From a virus, in IMG/VR virus record IMGVR_UViG_3300045988_153208: a stretch of DNA of 32,291 bases; one strand, written 5' to 3'. This document shows, one piece after another, positions 8,493 to 16,153 of the stretch. A model generated the notes under the pieces. The model had not been told where the DNA came from and searched no databases. It was given only the letters and a program-made list of their open reading frames with translations. The translations under genes were made by a program, and so were the position numbers. The stretch's first letter is position 1; each line of letters opens with the position of its first letter.

Positions 8493-8769
8493 GAAATATT
8501 TTGGAACAGCGTGCCTGACTGCGGCGATTTTGTTGGTGGCGATTATGTTTATTAGCATTTTCTCGTCATTTAAGCCTAATACCGTAGATGATGGCATTGT
8601 ATTTCCAGAAGATAGAGAACTATTTATCCCAGTTGATAAGGGCGAGGTGCTAGGTGGAGACGCATATGCGGTCGCTGACCGAAATACTGGCGTCGTATAT
8701 ATTTATACAAATGGAGCACTTTCGCCCTTATATGATAAGGAAGGAAATTTGATTATTTATGAGCATTGA
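8476..8769 (+). CDS. membrane-anchored protein, paralog B (97 aa)
   Basis: ATG at 8476 after GAGGAA. Track frame 8452..8769. Sequence is similar to the 8130 gene. Confidence 0.5.
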   Translation: MLDSIKKYFGTACLTAAILLVAIMFISIFSSFKPNTVDDGIVFPEDRELFIPVDKGEVLGGDAYAVADRNTGVVYIYTNGALSPLYDKEGNLIIYEH

Positions 8770-9019
8770 AATTAAAAGTGGTTGGGTAAATGCCCTTGAT
8801 AGCGTGCCCAGTGATTATCCGTCTCTCAAAGATAAAGGTAAGGCCTATGTCGTTCATACCGCGCCTGTTTATCGGGGTCGCCCTGATATGACCGAAGAGA
8901 GTTATTCAGTAAGTTATTGGGATTATGATAACCAAGTTTGGGGCAATATCTGTGAAGGTGATATTGTTCTTCATTGGATGCCATTTATAAAATGGTTTAT
9001 GGAGGGTCCTAATGCATAA
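8759..9019 (+). CDS. hypothetical protein (86 aa)
   Basis: ORF track. Confidence 0.45.
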   Translation: MSIEIKSGWVNALDSVPSDYPSLKDKGKAYVVHTAPVYRGRPDMTEESYSVSYWDYDNQVWGNICEGDIVLHWMPFIKWFMEGPNA

Positions 9020-9698
9020 GTTTCTGTGTGCGTTAATGGCGGTTTTGATTGTTCTGATGTGCACCGGCTGTGCAGGTGGGCCGAAGGGCGAGACTCTCGG
9101 CGCTGATAAGCCCGAAGATGAAGCAGTAAAAATCACTTTCAATGCTGATTTTTACGATAACGCCGGCGACCTGTGGCTGAGCGCAACCGGCTCTACTTTC
9201 AATATTGAGCCGAACAAGGTGAAGGAATATACTTATAGCACCGAAGGATATTGGGAATATAATTGGGCAATGTCCTCTGTAATGTCCGTATATATCGACG
9301 GTAAGCAGATTGATTCATGCGGTTCTACTATTATTTTTGCCGATAACCGCCTTGAAATTCTGAATATGAATATTCCTGAGGTTATTAATACTCACGCCAG
9401 AACTAATGACGCTTATATTGATGCTAATGAACCTTGGTATAGTATGAATTGGACTGACTATTGGACTGTTCAGTGGTGGTGTATTAACGAGCAGTCTCAC
9501 GGGCGCGATTTGAAGCCTCGTGTTGTTGTGATTCAGTCTCAGACGGGCGAGCCCATTCGAATGTATAGCGGGTCTGATGTTAGTTGGGAACTTTGTAAGA
9601 ATTTGCCCAAGACCACGCATATCACAATTGATGGTATGGATTTGTATGTTCATAGGGCTAATTTTTCAATCATTGATACAAGTATTTTGAAGGGATGA
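9012..9698 (+). CDS. secreted protein or putative lipoprotein (228 aa)
   Basis: GGAGGG RBS. N-terminal MHKFLCALMAVLIVLMCTGCAGG is a signal peptide with Cys near the cleavage region. Confidence 0.55.
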   Translation: MHKFLCALMAVLIVLMCTGCAGGPKGETLGADKPEDEAVKITFNADFYDNAGDLWLSATGSTFNIEPNKVKEYTYSTEGYWEYNWAMSSVMSVYIDGKQIDSCGSTIIFADNRLEILNMNIPEVINTHARTNDAYIDANEPWYSMNWTDYWTVQWWCINEQSHGRDLKPRVVVIQSQTGEPIRMYSGSDVSWELCKNLPKTTHITIDGMDLYVHRANFSIIDTSILKG

Positions 9699-9723
9699 GG
9701 TCTAGCACCTCATCCCTTTTTTT
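9691..9723 (+). terminator. rho-independent terminator fused to promoter copy 5
   Basis: AGGGATGAGGT / ACCTCATCCCT with a 5-nt loop, then TTTTTTT. Confidence 0.65.
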
Positions 9724-9762
9724 GATTTTTATTAAAAAATATTATATAATATATATATAAGA
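9722..9762 (+). promoter_or_regulatory. sigma70-type promoter cassette copy 5
   Basis: TTGATT 9722-9727, 17-nt spacer, TATAAT 9745-9750, ATATATATAAG. Confidence 0.65.
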
Positions 9763-9783
9763 TGAATGAAGGGAATGATACAA

Positions 9784-10500
9784 ATGGTAGCGAAGTCTTT
9801 CCAGTCCTACGCCATTGTGAGTGAGGTATATACGGTTAATGGACGTCAGTATGTGAAAGTCCAGAACCAAAAGAACGGTAGCACTAGACAAGTGCGGTGG
9901 TATACCGAGGACGAATACAACAAGATGTATGGCGTCGCTGAACCTCAGAGCATTCCCTTTAAAACTCAGAAAATCGTTCTGGGTTTTGTAAATGATTATA
10001 TCACCATTTTTAAGAATGGTGGAATGGACGAAAATAATGAGTATTTTAAGTATTCTCCTGCCCGGTATTGCCGGCTGTGGGGCTGGTATTTCCCTTCTGA
10101 TATCGACCTTCCTGAGGACTTGCCTACTGACTGTAATCCTATGAAGTTGGAGTGGGCGCTGGTTGGTAATGATGACGAAAAGTTGAAGACTGACGCCGAA
10201 ATCCACGAGAACATTGATGCTCTGTTGTGGCCGGAACATCCCAGTAAATATCAGGGCGCCATTGGTGAGCGCATTGACCGCAGTATCGTGGTTATCCGCA
10301 ACTATAAACTGGAAACCAATTATGGTCATTCCAATATGATGACTTTCGAGGACGAGTTCGGCAATATCTATCTCTGGACTACTACCGCGAAGGATTGGCC
10401 CGAGGGCACTAAGCATCGTATTCGCGGGACTATAAAAGGTTATAACCTCTATCATAATATTCATCAAAGTGTATTAACTCGTGTCGCGGAGGTAAAATAA
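9784..10500 (+). CDS. hypothetical protein (238 aa)
   Basis: ATG after the conserved leader GGGAATGATACAAATG. ORF track frame 9766..10500. Confidence 0.55.
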   Translation: MVAKSFQSYAIVSEVYTVNGRQYVKVQNQKNGSTRQVRWYTEDEYNKMYGVAEPQSIPFKTQKIVLGFVNDYITIFKNGGMDENNEYFKYSPARYCRLWGWYFPSDIDLPEDLPTDCNPMKLEWALVGNDDEKLKTDAEIHENIDALLWPEHPSKYQGAIGERIDRSIVVIRNYKLETNYGHSNMMTFEDEFGNIYLWTTTAKDWPEGTKHRIRGTIKGYNLYHNIHQSVLTRVAEVK

Positions 10501-10501
10501 T

Positions 10502-10771
10502 ATGAAAATGTATATTTACTATGCCAATCAGGGTATGGAGTTCACCAAGCAGGTAATCATCGCTGAGAACGACGCACAAGCCAAAGCGTATGTTGATAAC
10601 CTGATTTGTAAGGCACTCGCCAATGGAGAGTCCACGAAGTTTACCGGTCCGATGGAGTTTAATGCGGCGTTTATGATGGATTGTCTCGCTCCTAAAAACA
10701 TTAGCAATAAGCCGTATCGTCTGGCAAAGTTTGAATGTGAAATCGAAGAAAGACCTTGGGGGGAAATGTAA
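10502..10771 (+). CDS. hypothetical protein (89 aa)
   Basis: GGAGGT RBS. ORF track. Confidence 0.55.
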   Translation: MKMYIYYANQGMEFTKQVIIAENDAQAKAYVDNLICKALANGESTKFTGPMEFNAAFMMDCLAPKNISNKPYRLAKFECEIEERPWGEM

Positions 10772-11172
10772 TGTGCGATTATTGTAATCCTAAGATGTAT
10801 GACCACGAAGTTTATTACAATCCCACTGATGATGCTTGGTATTTCGATATTGAGACCAGTGAGTGGAGTGATTATGATGATGATTTCATTCATATTCAGC
10901 GTCAGATAAACTATTGTCCGTATTGTGGTCGGCGTCTGCGGTGTAAAAATGAGAAGAATGAAATTCATCTTGACAATTATGATACAGATACTCCCTTCGT
11001 TCCCAATCCCACAAATTGTGATATGAGTTATTTGAATTATAATAGTTGGACTGGCGATGAAATGACTATGTGTCGTGAGACTCTTAATCATTGTCCAGTA
11101 GCAGAGAAAAATGAAAAATGCCCAATTATTCCAACTTATAAGGAGACAGTTGCTTATGAAAATCCTTGTTGA
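10771..11172 (+). CDS. Cys-rich zinc-ribbon protein (133 aa)
   Basis: TAATG coupling. GGGGGA RBS. CDYC...CPYCG...C-rich. The track start at 10756 is a TTG. Confidence 0.5.
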   Translation: MCDYCNPKMYDHEVYYNPTDDAWYFDIETSEWSDYDDDFIHIQRQINYCPYCGRRLRCKNEKNEIHLDNYDTDTPFVPNPTNCDMSYLNYNSWTGDEMTMCRETLNHCPVAEKNEKCPIIPTYKETVAYENPC

Positions 11173-11434
11173 TGAAATGCCTACTAAGGCTGAAAATTGC
11201 CCTTGGTCTTATCCTACTGAAATGCCTTGGAATGATCGCACCATTTGGTTTTGTCAGTGGGCTTTGAGTAATGGCGAGACTTGTCCAATGGCAAAAGGCG
11301 GTGAGTGTCCTTATTTTAAGCAGGATGATTTTAACCGTATCGTAGATGCCTTCAATGCTGTTCCTAATACTTATCCTTTTCGCACCCAAGAGGCGAAAGA
11401 AATTATTATCCGTAATCCCAATAGAAAGGATTGA
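11156..11434 (+). CDS. hypothetical Cys-containing protein (92 aa)
   Basis: ATG after AAGGAG. Track frame 11111..11434. Confidence 0.45.
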   Translation: MKILVDEMPTKAENCPWSYPTEMPWNDRTIWFCQWALSNGETCPMAKGGECPYFKQDDFNRIVDAFNAVPNTYPFRTQEAKEIIIRNPNRKD

Positions 11435-11439
11435 TTGAT

Positions 11440-11751
11440 ATGAATATCTATACGTGGCACGTCATTCGATTCAGTGATGCCTATGAACTGTGTAAATATA
11501 CCATTAAGACTTATGATGTTGATTATTGGGATATGTGGGATAAACTTATAACTCAATGTGAACTACATAATGAAGACCTTGTCCGCATTGATTTCGTAGA
11601 AGACGGTTTCCTTTCTATGGACGAGAATCTGGATAGAGAAGAGTTCGATTACAACTGTCTGTTCAATCTGATTGTCGGCACTATTCGCAAGGAGTGTATG
11701 GCTATGGATAATTGGACTGGCAATGAAGTATATATCGAGATGAACCGATGA
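11440..11751 (+). CDS. hypothetical protein (103 aa)
   Basis: ATG 8 nt after AAAGGA. The track start at 11431 is a TTG. Confidence 0.5.
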   Translation: MNIYTWHVIRFSDAYELCKYTIKTYDVDYWDMWDKLITQCELHNEDLVRIDFVEDGFLSMDENLDREEFDYNCLFNLIVGTIRKECMAMDNWTGNEVYIEMNR

Positions 11752-12098
11752 AATTTTATATTTCGTATGGAGAGCGCGGTCGACGTGAGCACAATGTTTA
11801 TAATTGTGTCCACGAATTTAAAAATCGGAAATCTGCTGAACGATGGGTGCGCGGCCAAGCGGTTCGACTCTATGAGCGCGTGGTGTTAGAAGGAAAATCA
11901 TATTATTTTATTCCAGATTATGATTTTTTTTACAAGAAACGTTTTGAGCAGTATGAAAAGACAGGCATTAAAATCACTGATAAAGTAAAAGCATTAATCG
12001 CAGAAAAAGCGTATGATGATTTTTATAAGAAACATGTATTAGCATATGTTTTTGCTACTTATTGGACAGATGAAGATAATGAAGAGGTAAAAGAATGA
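11748..12098 (+). CDS. hypothetical protein (116 aa)
   Basis: ATGA coupling. ORF track. Confidence 0.5.
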   Translation: MKFYISYGERGRREHNVYNCVHEFKNRKSAERWVRGQAVRLYERVVLEGKSYYFIPDYDFFYKKRFEQYEKTGIKITDKVKALIAEKAYDDFYKKHVLAYVFATYWTDEDNEEVKE

Positions 12099-12262
12099 TT
12101 TATTGTGCGTTTGACCCGTTGAATATTCCCAAGGACCCGAACACCAATGAGGATATTCACGTTTGTAAGAACTATGGTTCGTTTTTGTGTGCGGAATGTC
12201 CAAGTCGATACGACGGCGACCGCATTAAGGAATATATGGAGTCTCACTCTCGTGAGCATTGA
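12095..12262 (+). CDS. small zinc-ribbon protein (55 aa)
   Basis: GAGGT RBS. CxxxxxxxxC..CAEC. Below ORF-track cutoff. Followed by a terminator. Confidence 0.4.
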   Translation: MIYCAFDPLNIPKDPNTNEDIHVCKNYGSFLCAECPSRYDGDRIKEYMESHSREH

Positions 12263-12271
12263 TACAAAAAT

Positions 12272-12304
12272 AAGGATAGTATTATACTATCCTTATTTTT
12301 TTTT
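12272..12304 (+). terminator. rho-independent terminator fused to promoter copy 6
   Basis: AAGGATAGTA / TACTATCCTT with a 3-nt loop, then T10. Confidence 0.65.
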
Positions 12305-12305
12305 A

Positions 12306-12346
12306 TTGATTTTTATTAAAAATTATTATATAATATATATATAAGG
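12306..12346 (+). promoter_or_regulatory. sigma70-type promoter cassette copy 6
   Basis: TTGATT 12306-12311, 17-nt spacer, TATAAT 12329-12334, ATATATATAAGG. Confidence 0.65.
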
Positions 12347-12366
12347 TAAAGGAAGGAAATGGGCTT

Positions 12367-12732
12367 ATGATGTATAAGATTGAGTATGGTCTATATAATA
12401 TAATTCATGAAGGCCTATGTAAAGGTCGTATATTTATTAATGCCTCTAATGTGAAACAGGCTCAATTCCGAGCGACACAGATAGCCCATAGTTTATTTTT
12501 TCGTAAAGCGAATGAAAACCGCACTCGGTTTCTTAGCCAAAAGAAAGTTTATGAAAAAGTAATAAATGATTTACATTTACCTAATACTTGGGATAAATGG
12601 GATACTACATGGGAGTATGTTAATAATTTATACTGGTCAATGATTGATGACTATGTTTGGTATAAAGTAGAAGAAGCCCCTGATATAGCGCCTTCGTTAA
12701 TACCGACAGTAGAAGAGTGGGAGGAGTTCTAA
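12367..12732 (+). CDS. hypothetical protein, W/Y-rich paralog 1 (121 aa)
   Basis: AAGGAAGGAAA RBS. C-terminal WxxxxDDYVWYKVEE motif shared with the next two genes. Confidence 0.55.
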   Translation: MMYKIEYGLYNIIHEGLCKGRIFINASNVKQAQFRATQIAHSLFFRKANENRTRFLSQKKVYEKVINDLHLPNTWDKWDTTWEYVNNLYWSMIDDYVWYKVEEAPDIAPSLIPTVEEWEEF

Positions 12733-13088
12733 TGTTTCAAAAATATTTACTCACCTACGGCAGTTATGATGTGGGCGATATGATAACTATGACTCGTTAT
12801 AGCGAGAGTCTTGAAGAGGCTCTTAAAGATGCTCAATCTTTTGCTCGGACTCATTTTGAGGATTTGGCTAGGAGAAAACAGGTTCGATGGAAACATTATA
12901 TCGGTGAGTATGTTGAAGAGTATCGAGATAAAGTAAAATATTTAACTGGCATACGTCCAGTAGGTGGAGATTATAAAGGTCAATCATTTTGGAACCTTGG
13001 ATACAATAAATATAAGACTATGCTTGATGATCATATCTGGTATCAAGCAGAGTTAATCGACATTAAAGACCCATTTGAGGAGTTGTAA
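12732..13088 (+). CDS. hypothetical protein, paralog 2 (118 aa)
   Basis: ATG at 12732 (TAATG) after GGGAGGAG. Track start is a GTG at 12717. DDHIWYQAE motif. Confidence 0.5.
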   Translation: MFQKYLLTYGSYDVGDMITMTRYSESLEEALKDAQSFARTHFEDLARRKQVRWKHYIGEYVEEYRDKVKYLTGIRPVGGDYKGQSFWNLGYNKYKTMLDDHIWYQAELIDIKDPFEEL

Positions 13089-13090
13089 TT

Positions 13091-13399
13091 ATGAATTATC
13101 GTTATCATATAAAATATGGTTTGAGGTCTGATGACCGAGCCCGTTCTGCATTTATTGTTTGCGACCCTGGTGTGGTCAATATGCGCGCTCAGATTATTGT
13201 AGATACCTTCTATGATAATTTGGTTGAACAGGGTGTTATTTTCGATAATACCATTGACTATTACGTCGAGCAGGTACGCGATGAGCTGGCCAAAGAACAT
13301 ATCCAGTGGGCTGAGGAGGCTATTTGGGTAGATGCGTATACGCGCTATTATACTCATCGTTCTCTTGCTACTTGGTATCAGGTTGAGGAGGCATATTAA
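13091..13399 (+). CDS. hypothetical protein, paralog 3 (102 aa)
   Basis: GGAG RBS. ...SLATWYQVEEAY tail. Confidence 0.5.
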   Translation: MNYRYHIKYGLRSDDRARSAFIVCDPGVVNMRAQIIVDTFYDNLVEQGVIFDNTIDYYVEQVRDELAKEHIQWAEEAIWVDAYTRYYTHRSLATWYQVEEAY

Positions 13400-13548
13400 T
13401 GGATTACTCAGATGTGTTTGCTAGCATTATCAAAGAGGCTGTTAACGCCGATTTGGTTGACTGGTATGTAGATACTTATTTCTGTGGTAATTGGCATATG
13501 TTCGAAGACGCATACCGCAGAGAGTTTGGCAAAAATCTATTCGATTGA
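13399..13548 (+). CDS. hypothetical protein (49 aa)
   Basis: GAGGAGG RBS. TAATG coupling. Its TGA stop lies inside the TTGATT of promoter copy 7. Below ORF-track cutoff. Confidence 0.35.
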   Translation: MDYSDVFASIIKEAVNADLVDWYVDTYFCGNWHMFEDAYRREFGKNLFD

Positions 13549-13584
13549 TTTTTTAAAAAAAATATAATATAATATATATATAAG
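13545..13584 (+). promoter_or_regulatory. sigma70-type promoter cassette copy 7
   Basis: TTGATT 13545-13550, 17-nt spacer, TATAAT 13568-13573, ATATATATAAG. Confidence 0.6.
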
Positions 13585-13752
13585 ATGAAAGAAGAAATTA
13601 AAAAAGCACTTGAATGTTGTGCTGAATTTATATGTGATGAATGTCCATATAAAAAATATGATACAGATATGGAAACATATCCTCTGAAATGTTCTCATAG
13701 ATTGATTATGGATTTATATAATGAACTGAAAGGAATTGATGAATATGATTAA
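13585..13752 (+). CDS. small Cys-rich protein (55 aa), possibly leaderless
   Basis: The ATG is the one inside the cassette's AAGATGAA, only about 4 nt after the predicted transcription start. CCAEFICDECP...CSH. The start is uncertain. Confidence 0.3.
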   Translation: MKEEIKKALECCAEFICDECPYKKYDTDMETYPLKCSHRLIMDLYNELKGIDEYD

Positions 13753-14053
13753 GGCTTTGGTTCTGGACGATGGCTATCACGATAAGGACGTTGTAATGTT
13801 CTATGAGGATAAGAGTCTGTTGAAGGTTAGCCTGGCGTATTTCATTAATATCCATCTGTGCGTTCCTCATTCTGAGGATTATCAGGTTAGGACTATTCAT
13901 TATGAAGGCGTTGAGGACAATAATTTGATTGATATGTTTGATGAACTCAATCGTATGAAGTCTGTCGCCCGTGTCGATGATGAAGATTTGGTCTGGTATT
14001 TTCAGAAGCTGTATGATTCTGATGAAGTTGTAGATGGGTGTGATATTTATTAA
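13739..14053 (+). CDS. hypothetical acidic protein (104 aa)
   Basis: ORF track frame 13736 (TTG). First ATG at 13739. AAAGGAA upstream. Confidence 0.5.
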   Translation: MNMIKALVLDDGYHDKDVVMFYEDKSLLKVSLAYFINIHLCVPHSEDYQVRTIHYEGVEDNNLIDMFDELNRMKSVARVDDEDLVWYFQKLYDSDEVVDGCDIY

Positions 14054-14292
14054 TGACTATCTATAAGATTAAATATATTCTCGACATAGAAGAGGATTAT
14101 TACCTGTTCCTCGCTGATGCCATTGACGCCGGCAATCATTATATTGATAGAATTGCCGAAGAAGAGGGCGATTGGGACGATGTGATGATTACCTATGCTA
14201 AGAATTGTTTGAAGAACAATCTTGAATTCAAGGGCGTAGTAAAGATTGATGAGATTGAAGCACGCGCTTCACGAAATTCCGTCAATTGGTAA
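14053..14292 (+). CDS. hypothetical protein (79 aa)
   Basis: TAATG coupling. ORF track. Confidence 0.5.
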   Translation: MTIYKIKYILDIEEDYYLFLADAIDAGNHYIDRIAEEEGDWDDVMITYAKNCLKNNLEFKGVVKIDEIEARASRNSVNW

Positions 14293-14333
14293 TAGAATGT
14301 CCGAAATTTCGATAACGCAGGAGAGTGATAAGT

Positions 14334-14576
14334 ATGTTTGGATATCACGATGATGATAGATGTTATACTGACCTTTGGAGTCCAAGAGATGACCCTAATG
14401 GTTGCGCCGTAGAAAATCGGGCATTTAGTCCTTACGCGAAACACACCCAAGAAGTAGAAGATATTATTGACGCGCTGGTTCATGCGGACGCGGGCAATTA
14501 TACTATTGACGTCGATGATGACCTGTCGCAGTCTGACCTCGACTATATTAAGTCCGAAGTAATGCGACGTAGGTAG
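14334..14576 (+). CDS. hypothetical acidic protein (80 aa; 88 aa if TAG is read through to the TAA at 14600)
   Basis: GGAGAG RBS 9 nt before the ATG. Ends in TAG, with an in-frame TAA 8 codons later. Confidence 0.5.
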   Translation: MFGYHDDDRCYTDLWSPRDDPNGCAVENRAFSPYAKHTQEVEDIIDALVHADAGNYTIDVDDDLSQSDLDYIKSEVMRRR

Positions 14577-14586
14577 GAGGAAGATA

Positions 14587-16020
14587 ATGGCAACAATTAA
14601 GAGTCCCACTCTGTATGTTAAATGCTCTCAGTTTGCGTTTGATGAACTGTTTGAGAAGTTTAATAAGGCAGTCAAGCAAAAGCAATATAAGAAGTTTGAT
14701 TACGATGCTTGGTGTAAGATTCGTAAGACAATTAAGGAACATTGTTCCAAAGTTGATAAGAAAATCATTCCAACATCTATTCATTTTGACGTTGATACAA
14801 GAAAAGTATTCGTTGAAAATGTTCCAAACTTTTATTTTGATGATAAATCCTTCGGTCAGTTTCTTGTCAATGAGTTGACCCCTCAATTTATTATCAAAGT
14901 ATTGATGTGCGGCATTGAGGTAAAAGAAGCCACTGAGTATGTCATTTCTACGAAGCCTACCACAGCAGAATTGAATTGGAAGAGAGAAATGACTACTAAC
15001 GATAAATATTATTACAAGAATATTATTAAGCAGTATAAGGAAATCAATAACTATTACAACGATGTAAATGAAAAAATTTACACCGATGCTGATAAGTATT
15101 CATCTGCTTATGCGACCGCTCAGCCCTCTAATTTGAGTTGGGATGGCATTACAAGTAGCCCCATCGCGGATAATACTGCGACTAAGGCGACTACTAACAC
15201 CGCAAAGCCGGATGGTTTTACTATTGATTGGAATGCGCCTACCAGCACTACTAAGCCTATTAGTGCGGACGATTTGGGTTCTATCGTCAAACTTAATACC
15301 AGGGCTGATGTTATCAAGTTCGAGCCTTGCGCTGACCAGGTAAGCATTTGCTGTGATGACCTGTGTAAAAACTGTAAGAATTACGAAAAAAAGGATAATG
15401 AAGAAAAGGAGAATAAAATGAAGGGTTTCAATTTTGATTTCGGTAAGATTACCAACGATTCCATCCGTATGTCTATGTATGGTATGGCTGTTAAGAATGC
15501 TTCTGGTGTCTGGACTGCCTATGATAAGGGCACTGGCGACCTGATGGACGTCGACGTGTTCAATTTCGATGGTTCCAATTTCCTGTTCAAGATGCCTGTG
15601 GCTATCAAGGACATTGCGGTGGGCGATGTCGTTATCCACGCACGCAAGCCTATGTTCGTTATCAGCAAGACCGAGGCCGGCGATCTGATTGCTATTGACC
15701 CCGTGGCTGGTGAAAAGAAGACTATTATGCCTGTCCGCTCTCCCTTTGGGTTCAATTTCGCGACCAAGATTATCTCTCTGTTTGATAGTCTGATGCCCAC
15801 TACTGAGGCTCCTTCTGCGGATAACCCCTTTGGTTCTCTGTGGATGCTGATGCTGCTGGATGGCAAGTCCGATATGAAGGATATGCTGATTCCTATGATG
15901 CTGATGAACCAGGCCAATGGTTCTACCAATGCGTTTAACCCTATGATGCTGATGCTGATGAATGATGGCGATATGAAGGATATGGCTATCCCTCTGATGC
16001 TGATGAATCAGGTTAAGTAA
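14587..16020 (+). CDS. large hypothetical protein (477 aa) with Thr-rich linker and C-terminal Met-rich tandem repeat
   Basis: AGGAGG RBS. ORF track. C-terminal two-copy repeat ...LMLLDGKSDMKDMLIPMMLMNQ / LMLMNDGDMKDMAIPLMLMNQ. Confidence 0.65.
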   Translation: MATIKSPTLYVKCSQFAFDELFEKFNKAVKQKQYKKFDYDAWCKIRKTIKEHCSKVDKKIIPTSIHFDVDTRKVFVENVPNFYFDDKSFGQFLVNELTPQFIIKVLMCGIEVKEATEYVISTKPTTAELNWKREMTTNDKYYYKNIIKQYKEINNYYNDVNEKIYTDADKYSSAYATAQPSNLSWDGITSSPIADNTATKATTNTAKPDGFTIDWNAPTSTTKPISADDLGSIVKLNTRADVIKFEPCADQVSICCDDLCKNCKNYEKKDNEEKENKMKGFNFDFGKITNDSIRMSMYGMAVKNASGVWTAYDKGTGDLMDVDVFNFDGSNFLFKMPVAIKDIAVGDVVIHARKPMFVISKTEAGDLIAIDPVAGEKKTIMPVRSPFGFNFATKIISLFDSLMPTTEAPSADNPFGSLWMLMLLDGKSDMKDMLIPMMLMNQANGSTNAFNPMMLMLMNDGDMKDMAIPLMLMNQVK

Positions 16021-16057
16021 TATATCCCCCAGTTTGTTGATTTCATCCCCCAAAAAT

Positions 16058-16101
16058 AAGGGTCTTACCTCTCGGCGGTAAGACCCTTATTTGATTTTTT
16101 T
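16058..16101 (+). terminator. rho-independent terminator fused to promoter copy 8
   Basis: AAGGGTCTTACC / GGTAAGACCCTT with a 7-nt loop, then ATTTGATTTTTTT. Confidence 0.65.
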
Positions 16102-16130
16102 ATAAATTTATAATATAATATATATATAAG
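16091..16130 (+). promoter_or_regulatory. sigma70-type promoter cassette copy 8 (identical to copy 2)
   Basis: TTGATT 16091-16096, 17-nt spacer, TATAAT 16114-16119, ATATATATAAG. Confidence 0.65.
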
Positions 16131-16153
16131 ATGAAGAAAGGAAATGATACAAA

